The position numbers were made by a program, and so were the translations under genes. From an uncultured Pirellulales bacterium (GTDB lineage Bacteria > Planctomycetota > Phycisphaerae > Sedimentisphaerales > Anaerobacaceae): a stretch of DNA of 64,000 bases. The DNA lies in NCBI GenBank assembly GCA_964499145.1, contig CAZCIR010000012.1, positions 3,603 through 67,602 of the forward strand, read 5' to 3'. Positions 31,333-40,006 of the stretch are shown piece after piece (position 1 is the stretch's first letter; each line of letters starts with the position of its first letter). Below the pieces are notes generated by a model. It was not told where the DNA came from. It was given only the letters and a program-made list of their open reading frames with translations, and made no database searches.

Positions 31333-32652
31333 ATGAATAAACCGGCGATATCAATCCGTAACCTTGGTAAAAGATATAAACTCGGAGCCATCCATTCTCA
31401 CGATACCCTGCGTGATTATCTGGCCAGCGGTATTAAGTATCTTTTTGGGGCTAACGGCCGAGAACGATTAAAGTTGAAATCAAAAGATAATCAGCGATTG
31501 TCAACTGAAGAAAATAAAGGTGTAATCTGGGCTTTGAGAGATATTAGCCTCGATATTCATGAAGGCGAAGTTATTGGCATTATCGGTAGAAATGGTGCAG
31601 GTAAATCGACACTCCTGAAACTTATCAGTGAAATAACAGAACCAACCGAAGGTGAGATTCGCATTTTTGGTCGGGTCGCCAGTTTGCTTGAAGTTGGAAC
31701 GGGTTTTCATCCTGAACTTTCCGGCAGGGAGAATATATATCTTAACGGTTCGATACTCGGGATGACGAGAAAAGAAATCAAAGCGAGATTCGATGAAATA
31801 GTTGCATTTGCTGAGGTGGAAAGATTTATTGATACGCCGGTAAAACGATATTCAAGTGGTATGTACCTTCGTTTAGCTTTTGCTGTGGCGGCGCATTTGG
31901 AACCTGAAATTTTGCTGGTGGATGAAGTGTTGGCAGTTGGAGATATCAACTTTCAAAGGAAATGTCTCGGAAAAATGGGAGACGTTAGTAAATCGGGACG
32001 TACCATTTTATTTGTAAGCCATAATATGGGAGCGATAGGGAGTTTGTGCAGTCGTACCTGCTGGATTGATAGAGGCCGTTTGTGTAAAGAAGGCCCTACC
32101 AAAGAAGTCATAGAAGCTTATTTGTCAGGCTCAGCGGTTGGCGATGCAGTTGAAGGCGGCTTACAAATGCGCAGGATCTGTGGAGGCGATGAAATTAGAC
32201 TTACCAAAGTGGAATTATTTAACGGTGATTTTAATGAATCACAGTTTTTTAATTATAATGACACAATGATAATGCGTTTTCATTTCCAAGTAATTAATCC
32301 TAAACGCAAGTACTTTGCAATCGAGTGGACAATTTGCACTAAAATGGGTACAAGGATAATCTACGGATCTTCTAGCCCACAACAGGAATTACTGATAACG
32401 CCTACGGCCAAGACAGGGTGTGTTGAATGTTGTATACCTCATATTCCTTTGGCAGAGGGTGCATATCAGGTAAATTGTTCATTGTCAATACCACACCGTG
32501 AAAGATTAGATCTGGTAGAAGACACAGTTAATTTCCAGGTTGTAGCGTGCGATCCTTATAAAACAGGATTTAACTTAAGCGACAAAGTAGCTTCAACAAC
32601 ATTAGCTAATTCGTGGACTATATCGAACGGTGCCAAAGCCATGGGTAGCTAA
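31333..32652 (+). CDS. wzt: Polysaccharide ABC exporter ATP-binding protein (Wzt/TagH family) with a C-terminal substrate-binding-type extension
   Basis: It has Walker A (GRNGAGKST), the signature YSSGMYLRLAF and Walker B (ILLVDE). About 170 extra C-terminal residues sit where Wzt_C carbohydrate-binding domains occur. Confidence 0.9.
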   Translation: MNKPAISIRNLGKRYKLGAIHSHDTLRDYLASGIKYLFGANGRERLKLKSKDNQRLSTEENKGVIWALRDISLDIHEGEVIGIIGRNGAGKSTLLKLISEITEPTEGEIRIFGRVASLLEVGTGFHPELSGRENIYLNGSILGMTRKEIKARFDEIVAFAEVERFIDTPVKRYSSGMYLRLAFAVAAHLEPEILLVDEVLAVGDINFQRKCLGKMGDVSKSGRTILFVSHNMGAIGSLCSRTCWIDRGRLCKEGPTKEVIEAYLSGSAVGDAVEGGLQMRRICGGDEIRLTKVELFNGDFNESQFFNYNDTMIMRFHFQVINPKRKYFAIEWTICTKMGTRIIYGSSSPQQELLITPTAKTGCVECCIPHIPLAEGAYQVNCSLSIPHRERLDLVEDTVNFQVVACDPYKTGFNLSDKVASTTLANSWTISNGAKAMGS

Positions 32653-32713
32653 TATCCTAATGAATTAAACATGGGATATTCCCAATAGCATTTTATTAAC
32701 TAAGAGAACATAT

Positions 32714-33427
32714 ATGAGTACAGTACTAATGAAATTCAGAGGTTTTTTGTCGAGTATAGGGCATTGTTTGGTCAAGTTTTCTAATGAAATGGAACCGCAA
32801 GGGCTTAACTTAAGTGGCGACCGTGATATTGAATGGTCATGGGTGGCCGGAAAAGTGCCAAACGGTTCAGGTAAAGTGTTGAATTTTGGTTGTGGCCCGT
32901 CCGGCCTTTTGAGTATGACGGCAGCACGGCGAGGTTTTGAGGTAGTATCAATAGACCAGTTGCCCGTGTACAACAGCTTCGCAGAAGCAAGTATCAGTAT
33001 TGTTCAAGGTGATATTTTGAAGGCTAATCTATCTGCGGCAAGCTTTGATTTGGTGATAAACTGCTCAACCGTGGAGCATGTTGGTTTAGCAGGTAGGTAT
33101 GGTACGACCAATGATATTGTTGATGGAGATTTGCAGGCAATGGGTGTTTTACGAAAATTGATGAAACCAGAAGCTGTTATGTTGCTTACTATTCCTGTTG
33201 GACAGGATGCGGTTTTTGCGCCGGATCATCGGGTGTATGGCATTGAGCGACTCTGTAAACTTTTGGAGGGATATGTTATAGATGATGAAGAGTATTGGGT
33301 CAAAAACTCTGAGAATAAGTGGGTTAAAGCGAGCAAAGAAGACGCTCTGAGTCGCAAACCGAAGAAACGCTTATATGGACTTGGCTGTTTTGAATTGGGA
33401 ATTTCAAATGATGAGGGGACATGCTGA
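32714..33427 (+). CDS. Class I SAM-dependent methyltransferase (DUF268-like)
   Basis: Motif I is KVLNFGCGPSGL, the post-I motif is VVSID, and there is also FDLVINCSTVEHVG. The call rests on motif-level evidence only. Confidence 0.7.
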   Translation: MSTVLMKFRGFLSSIGHCLVKFSNEMEPQGLNLSGDRDIEWSWVAGKVPNGSGKVLNFGCGPSGLLSMTAARRGFEVVSIDQLPVYNSFAEASISIVQGDILKANLSAASFDLVINCSTVEHVGLAGRYGTTNDIVDGDLQAMGVLRKLMKPEAVMLLTIPVGQDAVFAPDHRVYGIERLCKLLEGYVIDDEEYWVKNSENKWVKASKEDALSRKPKKRLYGLGCFELGISNDEGTC

Positions 33428-35184
33428 CAATTTTTACCAGTCCTAAGCCCTTTACTGAACCACACATCAGTATGATACAGCGCAATGCCATCGGAAGTTG
33501 GCTGGCACTAAAGCCAGCGTGTGAAGTTATTCTGTTCGGCAATGATGCGGGGGTGGCTGAAACCGCGGCAGATTTTGGCGTGAAACATGTGCCTGATGTA
33601 GAGTGCAACAGCGAAGGTCTGCCATTAGTTAGAGATTTGTTTAATAAAGCTGAAGATGTTTCAAATTTTGATATTTTGACGTATATAAACGCGGATATAA
33701 TTTTGTTAAGTGATTTCACAAAAGCAGTGGGGCGTGTCAAAGGACAATTGGCTGATAAACCATTTCTTATGGTCGGGCAACGCTGCGATTTAGAGATTAC
33801 TGAACCGATTGATTTTAAATCTTCAGCATGGGAAGATAATCTGCGGGAACAAATCGAAAAGAGTGGAAGTCTACATGGGCCGGAAGGAATTGATTACTTT
33901 GTCTTCCCTCGTGGGTTGTGGGCTACTTTGAATATTCCTCCTTTGGTAATTGGCCGAGTTGCGTATGACAATTGGTTAATTTATTACGCCCGTTCACAGA
34001 AGAAGATAGATGTCATTGACGCGACAGACGCAGCAAGGGTTGTGCACCAGGAGCATGCTTATCCCACGAATTTACTTTACCAAAGACGTCAAAGCTCGGA
34101 AGCTTTGGAGCAGCTAAGGTTGGCCGGCGGCAATGAGCATCTTTTCAATATAACAGATGCGAATCTGATACTTACCCAAAGCAGGCTTGTTCGGCCTGCT
34201 TTGACAGTTCCCCGTCTTAAACGTATTGCACGAACGGGTCCTGTTTTATATCCAAAGATGGCATTTTATTTTCGGCTGTTTGGAAAGTCGATTTCTTTGT
34301 TGAGAAAACTTCGTCTGTTTCTTCGTCAGACTCGGAAAATCCTTTATGAATCGTACGCAAAGCTACTACATATATCAGCTATGCTCTTGCTGGCTCCTTT
34401 CAAATTAGCACCAGTAGAGACACTTATTGCAATTCGGCAGAGCCTCAAAATAATGCGCCGTATGGATTATAAGTATAGCGGTATTCATCTTCACATTGAT
34501 ACCCGCCACGACCTCGGACGCTGTTTGTGGTCATGTCGCAAAGAACCCGAGACAGTAAAATGGATTGAAAAACATGTCCAAGCAGGTGATGTATTATATG
34601 ACGTTGGAGCTAACGTGGGCGCTTATTCATTGGTTGCGGCAAAGCATACAAAAGACCAGGCCCATATCTATGCATTTGAGCCTTCTTTCTCAACGTTTGC
34701 TAATCTTTGTCAAAATATCCACATTAACAATTGTCAGAATACTGTTACGCCACTGCCGATAGCTCTATCCGATGTTACGACAATCAAGAACAAGCTACAT
34801 TATAGTAGTGTGCTCTCGGGTGCTGCTGAACACGCGCTGAATATGTCTGTAAAGTCGCAGCGGAATGGTTTTGCCCTTCCCGTAATGAGCTTCAGAATTG
34901 ATGATTTGATAGAAAGATTTGAGTTAGAATGTGCCAATTATATGAAGATAGATGTAGATGGGAATGAACTTAAGGTACTGAAAGGTGCAGAGAAACTCCT
35001 CGGTAGTTACGAGCTTAGAAGCGTTTTGATTGAACTTGGTAGTGATGAAAACGAAAATGGTGAAATAATAGACTTCTTAAAGAGCAAGGGGCTGGATTTG
35101 TACTCAAAACACAAGCATTTAATCAGTAAGGTTTCTAATTGTATTTTTTTTAGAGGGAACAGCTTGGGTTCAATATTAACATGA
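33421..35184 (+). CDS. Two-domain protein: uncharacterised N-terminal (glycosyltransferase-like?) domain + C-terminal FkbM-family methyltransferase
   Basis: The C-terminal motifs DVLYDVGANVGAYSLVAAK, IYAFEPSFSTFANL and MKIDVDGNELKVLKGAEKLL are classic FkbM. The N-terminal ~300 aa are unassigned. It overlaps the upstream gene by 7 nt. Confidence 0.75.
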   Translation: MLTIFTSPKPFTEPHISMIQRNAIGSWLALKPACEVILFGNDAGVAETAADFGVKHVPDVECNSEGLPLVRDLFNKAEDVSNFDILTYINADIILLSDFTKAVGRVKGQLADKPFLMVGQRCDLEITEPIDFKSSAWEDNLREQIEKSGSLHGPEGIDYFVFPRGLWATLNIPPLVIGRVAYDNWLIYYARSQKKIDVIDATDAARVVHQEHAYPTNLLYQRRQSSEALEQLRLAGGNEHLFNITDANLILTQSRLVRPALTVPRLKRIARTGPVLYPKMAFYFRLFGKSISLLRKLRLFLRQTRKILYESYAKLLHISAMLLLAPFKLAPVETLIAIRQSLKIMRRMDYKYSGIHLHIDTRHDLGRCLWSCRKEPETVKWIEKHVQAGDVLYDVGANVGAYSLVAAKHTKDQAHIYAFEPSFSTFANLCQNIHINNCQNTVTPLPIALSDVTTIKNKLHYSSVLSGAAEHALNMSVKSQRNGFALPVMSFRIDDLIERFELECANYMKIDVDGNELKVLKGAEKLLGSYELRSVLIELGSDENENGEIIDFLKSKGLDLYSKHKHLISKVSNCIFFRGNSLGSILT

Positions 35185-36248
35185 AAAGGGGGTCTAATAT
35201 GCAGAGGGAATTGATTATCAATGGTCAACGGATAAATGACGAAGCGGATTGTTACGTTGTTGCTGAAATCGGGCACAATCACCAGGGCGATGTTGATACA
35301 GCCAAGAAACTGATTTCTGCAGCTAAAGAATGCGGCGCTGATGCCGTAAAATTTCAGAAGCGTAACAATAAACTACTATTCACCCACACACTTTTAAATC
35401 AGATTTATGATAACCCGAACAGTTACGGCAGGACGTATGGTGAACACCGTGAATTCTTGGAATTCGGTGAAGCTGAATATAAGGAACTCATCGAATATGC
35501 CAAAGAAGTTGATATTACTATGTTTGCAACACCGTTTGATTTCGAAAGCGTTGATTTTTTGGCAGAGCTGAATATGCCCGCCTATAAGATTGCCTCCGGT
35601 GATCTGAGAAATATACCGTTAATTGAGCATATAGCCAGGATGGGAAAACCCATTATCCTGAGTACGGGTGGAGGTACAGAGCAGGATGTCCTGCAGGCAT
35701 ACTATGCAATCAGGCCGCTTAACGACCAATTGGCGATACTTCAATGCACAGCTGCATATCCATGTGAATTCGACAAGATGGATTTGCGAGTAATTGAAAC
35801 TTATCGAAAGATGTTTCCATGCTGTGTGGTTGGTTTGTCTGCTCATGACAATGGTATTGCGATGGCGTTGGTTGCGTATGTCTTAGGTGCGCGAATTATC
35901 GAAAAACATTTTACTCTGAATCGTGCGTGGAAAGGTACAGATCATGCATTTTCTTTAGAACCTATCGGTTTGCGTAAGATGGTTCGAGATTTGCGCCGCG
36001 CTAGAGTTGCATTGGGTAGTAATACAAAGCGTTTTTTTGACTGTGAAATCGGGCCCCTGTATAAGATGTCGAAAATGATTGTGGCAAAACATGATTTACC
36101 GGAAGGGCATATTATTAAGCCTGACGATATTACCTTTAAATCTCCTTGTGCTGGTCTTGAGCCACTTAAAATCAAAGAAGTTATTGGGCGAAGTCTGGCG
36201 TTAAAAGTCAACAGAGACGAAGGTCTCAAACTAGAATATTTCAAATAA
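35181..36248 (+). CDS. Nonulosonate-9-phosphate synthase of the animal NANS-like / KDN-9-P synthase type (NeuB + SAF domains)
   Basis: The sequence VVAEIGHNHQGDVDTAKKLISAAKECGADAVKFQKR...GRTYGEHREFLEF...LQCTAAYPC...LSAHDNGIAMALVAYVLGARIIEKHFTLNRAWKGTDHAFSLEP is colinear with my memory of human N-acetylneuraminate-9-phosphate synthase. The start is either ATG 35181 (ATGA overlap) or ATG 35199 (AAGGGGG RBS). Confidence 0.88.
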   Translation: MKRGSNMQRELIINGQRINDEADCYVVAEIGHNHQGDVDTAKKLISAAKECGADAVKFQKRNNKLLFTHTLLNQIYDNPNSYGRTYGEHREFLEFGEAEYKELIEYAKEVDITMFATPFDFESVDFLAELNMPAYKIASGDLRNIPLIEHIARMGKPIILSTGGGTEQDVLQAYYAIRPLNDQLAILQCTAAYPCEFDKMDLRVIETYRKMFPCCVVGLSAHDNGIAMALVAYVLGARIIEKHFTLNRAWKGTDHAFSLEPIGLRKMVRDLRRARVALGSNTKRFFDCEIGPLYKMSKMIVAKHDLPEGHIIKPDDITFKSPCAGLEPLKIKEVIGRSLALKVNRDEGLKLEYFK

Positions 36249-36250
36249 TT

Positions 36251-36754
36251 ATGTACGATACAAAACTTAAAAAAATAATAGATGGTATCCGTTTGCTGGT
36301 TTTTGACTTCGATGGGGTTTTTACGGATAACTCTGTCTATGTCAATCAATATGGCGAGGAGATGGTTCGCTGCTGTCGAAGTGATGGAATCGGTTTGGAA
36401 AAAATCAAGCGGTTAGGAATTAAGACGATAGTTCTCTCGGCAGAAATCAATTCTGTAGTTCAGACTCGAACCAAGAAACTGGGGATAGAATGCATCCAAG
36501 GGTGCAATGATAAGTTGGTAAAGCTCGAAGAAATTATTCAAAAAATGGGTATTAGCTTTGCTCAAGTTTGTTTTATGGGTAATGATGTCAATGATTTATC
36601 ATGTTTGAAGAAAGTAGCATTGCCCATCGTGGTTTGTGATGCATATCATGAGATAATTGGATTTGCTCGATATCAAACCAAAGCAAAAGGCGGATATGGA
36701 GCTGTGCGGGAGGTGTGTGACTTGTTCGAATGTATTTTAACTTCCAGAGTGTAG
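36251..36754 (+). CDS. HAD-IIIA KdsC-family phosphatase (candidate nonulosonate-9-P / KDN-9-P phosphatase)
   Basis: Motifs are LLVFDFDGVFTDN, CRSDGIGLEKIKRLGIKTIVLS, MGNDVNDLSC and GGYGAVREVCDL. It starts 2 nt after the synthase gene. Confidence 0.85.
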   Translation: MYDTKLKKIIDGIRLLVFDFDGVFTDNSVYVNQYGEEMVRCCRSDGIGLEKIKRLGIKTIVLSAEINSVVQTRTKKLGIECIQGCNDKLVKLEEIIQKMGISFAQVCFMGNDVNDLSCLKKVALPIVVCDAYHEIIGFARYQTKAKGGYGAVREVCDLFECILTSRV

Positions 36755-36765
36755 TCTATCTTAAA

Positions 36766-37584
36766 ATGAGGCAAAATCTTTTTAGTGTAGAGAACAAAAT
36801 TGTGGTTATCACCGGTGGACTTGGCCAACTTGGACGGCAGTTTGCTTTCTCCTTGCTGGATCAGGGAGCAAAGGTCGCTATCTTTGATATTGATATTAAC
36901 AAAGAAAAGGTGGCAAAAAGATTTGGCGGACAAACGACTGAAAGGAATTTACTGTTTCTTTCTGTAAATATTACAAAGCGAGAATCGATAGAGGGTGGTT
37001 TGAAACAGGTAAATGAGGCATGGGGCACACCGGATGGATTGATTAATAATGCTGCGATGGATTCACCTCCTGATGCGTCGGCAGAAGAGAACGGGCCTTT
37101 TGAGAGTTATCCTGCAGAATCGTTGGACAAAATATCAGAAGTTAACATCAAAGGTTGCTTTCAATGTTGTCAGGTAATAGGTGGGCAAATGGCCAAAGCC
37201 GGTGGCGGTTCGATAGTTAATATTTGTTCAATTTATGGGGTAGTATCACCTGACCAGCGCATTTATGAATATCGCAAGAAAGATGGTACTTCATTTTTTA
37301 AGCCAGCAGCTTATTCAGTATCCAAATCTGCGTTATTAAATCTAACACGTTATTTGGCCACATATTGGGGTGACAAAAACGTAAGGGTTAATACGCTTAC
37401 GCCCGGAGGTGTTTTTAACGATCAAGATGAACAGTTTCTGGATGGTTATTGCAGACGCGTTCCTTTGGGGAGAATGGCACGCGAGGATGAATACAACGGC
37501 GCGATATTATTTTTGATGTCCAAGGCTTCTGCATATATGACAGGGGCTAATCTTGTTATCGATGGTGGGTGGACGGCGTGGTGA
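36766..37584 (+). CDS. Short-chain dehydrogenase/reductase (SDR)
   Basis: Track ORF 36730..37584; ATG 36766 avoids the overlap. Motifs are VVITGGLGQLG, NNAA and YSVSKSAL (YxxxK). Confidence 0.85.
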   Translation: MRQNLFSVENKIVVITGGLGQLGRQFAFSLLDQGAKVAIFDIDINKEKVAKRFGGQTTERNLLFLSVNITKRESIEGGLKQVNEAWGTPDGLINNAAMDSPPDASAEENGPFESYPAESLDKISEVNIKGCFQCCQVIGGQMAKAGGGSIVNICSIYGVVSPDQRIYEYRKKDGTSFFKPAAYSVSKSALLNLTRYLATYWGDKNVRVNTLTPGGVFNDQDEQFLDGYCRRVPLGRMAREDEYNGAILFLMSKASAYMTGANLVIDGGWTAW

Positions 37585-37639
37585 CATGTTAAAATTGCAA
37601 TAACATATTAAAACTTGCAGAGTTATTCAGGAACAAGAT

Positions 37640-39103
37640 ATGCATATACCTAAAGTTGTATCCAACTGGATTGACGGTAATGAGCAATTTGCGTGTGAGG
37701 GAAGAGTTTTTACTAAATTAAACCCGGCTAACGGCAAAGTTCTGTGCGAGGTGACAAGATCAAAAACAGAAGATATCGCATTGGCGGTGCAGGCGGCAAA
37801 AGAGGCACAGTCTGGGTGGGCGGATACTCCAGCGGTAAAACGTGGCATGATACTTCATGATATTGTGCTGGGAATGCAGGAACGTCAAAAAGATATTGCG
37901 AAAATAGTAGCGGCAGAGACCGGTAAGTCATATAAAGATGCATATGGTGAAACCGATGCAGCGATAGCTTTGGGATTATTCTACGCCAGCGAGGGGCAAC
38001 GGCTTTATGGTCGGACATGTACGAGTGGCCGGGTGAATAAATATGCTATGACGGTTCGAGAGCCTGTTGGTGTGGCGGGTTTGATTGTCGCTGCGAACAC
38101 ACCTATTGCAAATATGGCGTGGAAGGTGTTTCCTGCATTGATTTGCGGTAATGGAGCTGTTTTGAAGGCCGCGGAGGACACACCAACAACAGCGTGGATA
38201 GTCGGTCAAATTGCTCATGAGGCTGGTTTGCCGAAGGGTGTATTAAATATTGTTCAGGGTTATGGTGAAGAGGCCGGTGCAGCTTTGGTTAAACATTCGG
38301 ATGTTGGAGTAATTAGTTTTACCGGTTCGACAAAAGTAGGCCGATATGTTCAACGGATAGCGGGTGAGCGTCTTGCAAAAGTGTCATTAGAACTCGGCGG
38401 CAAAAATGCGTTGGTGGTGTGCGATGATGCTGATCTGGAGAACGCGGTCAACTGGGCGTTGCTTTCATCATTTAGTAATGCCGGCCAACGTTGCGCTGCT
38501 TCAAGCCGTATCATTATTTTTGACAGCATTTATAATAAGTTTTGCAGTTTATTGGTGAAACGTACAAAAATACTTAAGGTTGGACCTTCAGATAAGGAGA
38601 ACCTTGGTCCGGTAATAAGTGAAAAGCAGCTCAACAATATGCTTAGCGCCATAGAACGGGCACAAAAGGAAGGAGCCAGAGTGCTTATCGGTGGCCACAG
38701 ATTGACTGATGATAAACACAGCAAAGGGTTTTATATGGCACCAACTTTAATTGAGGATGTCACACCGGAGAATACTATTTCGACCACGGAGTTATTTGGG
38801 CCGATTACATGTCTGTATCGTGTTAGCAACTTTGAGGAGGCATTGAATTTGGCTAATGATTCGCCTTACGGTCTTACGGCAAGTATTCACACGAATAATA
38901 TTCATCGGGCCATCAAGTTCACTCGGGAAGTGCAGGCGGGAGTGGCGGTGGTTAACGCTGGGACTCACGGCAGCGAAGCACATATGCCCTTTGGTGGAGT
39001 TAAGTCATCTGGGAATGGCTGGCGTGAGCCAGGGACTGAAGCATTGGATGTTTATTCAGAGTTGAAAAGTATTTATGTGAATATTGATCCTGGTGCGGTT
39101 TAA
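37640..39103 (+). CDS. NAD(P)-dependent aldehyde dehydrogenase
   Basis: Motifs are FTGSTKVG, LELGGKNA and the catalytic-Cys region FSNAGQRCAASSR, together with PFGGVKSSGNG. Confidence 0.9.
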   Translation: MHIPKVVSNWIDGNEQFACEGRVFTKLNPANGKVLCEVTRSKTEDIALAVQAAKEAQSGWADTPAVKRGMILHDIVLGMQERQKDIAKIVAAETGKSYKDAYGETDAAIALGLFYASEGQRLYGRTCTSGRVNKYAMTVREPVGVAGLIVAANTPIANMAWKVFPALICGNGAVLKAAEDTPTTAWIVGQIAHEAGLPKGVLNIVQGYGEEAGAALVKHSDVGVISFTGSTKVGRYVQRIAGERLAKVSLELGGKNALVVCDDADLENAVNWALLSSFSNAGQRCAASSRIIIFDSIYNKFCSLLVKRTKILKVGPSDKENLGPVISEKQLNNMLSAIERAQKEGARVLIGGHRLTDDKHSKGFYMAPTLIEDVTPENTISTTELFGPITCLYRVSNFEEALNLANDSPYGLTASIHTNNIHRAIKFTREVQAGVAVVNAGTHGSEAHMPFGGVKSSGNGWREPGTEALDVYSELKSIYVNIDPGAV

Positions 39104-39117
39104 GAATAGTCAGAAAT

Positions 39118-39891
39118 ATGTCTAAAGAATGCAAAATCATAGCATTGATACCGGCAAGATCGGGATCGAAGCGATTGTCAGACAAAAATATTCGTCCTCT
39201 GGGAGGTCATCCTTTAATTGCTTATACGATAGCCGCTGCTTTGCAAAGCAGAATTTTTGATACAGTTTTTGTTTCAACGGATTCAGAGCGTTACGCTGAG
39301 ATTGCAAAGTATTACGGTGCTGAGGTTTCTTTTCTCAGGCCAGTTGAGATATCCGGCAATCTAAGCCCTGATATTGAATGGGTTAGAGATACTCTTGAGC
39401 GGCTCGATGGTGAGGGGCGCAATTATAAATGTTTCAGCATTTTGCGCCCTACCAGTCCATTCCGTCAAGCAGATACGATACGGCGTGCGTGGCAGGAATT
39501 CACATCCAAAAAAGGCGTGGATTCAATTCGTGCAGTTGAACTTTGCAAGCAACATCCTGGCAAAATGTGGGTTATTCTTGGTAAAAGAATGGTTCCCTTA
39601 TTACCGTTAGGTTCTACAGGTCAACCTTGGCATAGTAGTCAGTACCAGTCATTACCCAAAGTCTATGTCCAAAATACAAGTCTGGAAATTGCATGGACAC
39701 GTATTGTTTTCGAAGAAGGGACAATTGCCGGGAATATTGTGGAGCCTTTCTTGACTCAAGGCTATGAAGGTTTTGACGTGAATGACTCCTATGACTGGGA
39801 ATTGGCGGAAAAGCTTGTTCAGAGAGGACAAGCTATTTTGCCAAACATTTCTCAAAAAGAGCCATATCAACAAGGTAATCAAAGCAATTAA
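39118..39891 (+). CDS. Acylneuraminate (nonulosonate) cytidylyltransferase family protein
   Basis: The N-terminus IALIPARSGSKRLSDKNIRPLGGHPLIAYTI and the later RPTSPFR are typical of CMP-sialic acid/CMP-Kdo synthetase-like enzymes. Confidence 0.85.
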   Translation: MSKECKIIALIPARSGSKRLSDKNIRPLGGHPLIAYTIAAALQSRIFDTVFVSTDSERYAEIAKYYGAEVSFLRPVEISGNLSPDIEWVRDTLERLDGEGRNYKCFSILRPTSPFRQADTIRRAWQEFTSKKGVDSIRAVELCKQHPGKMWVILGKRMVPLLPLGSTGQPWHSSQYQSLPKVYVQNTSLEIAWTRIVFEEGTIAGNIVEPFLTQGYEGFDVNDSYDWELAEKLVQRGQAILPNISQKEPYQQGNQSN

Positions 39892-40006
39892 ACCAAATCA
39901 GAAAAAGTATAGCTAATAATCATACCTTGCATAATTCCTTATTATTTCACAGAAGATTAAAACCGTTTCTATAATTGCATAAATCGTTATAGAGCAGTTT
40001 AAAACA

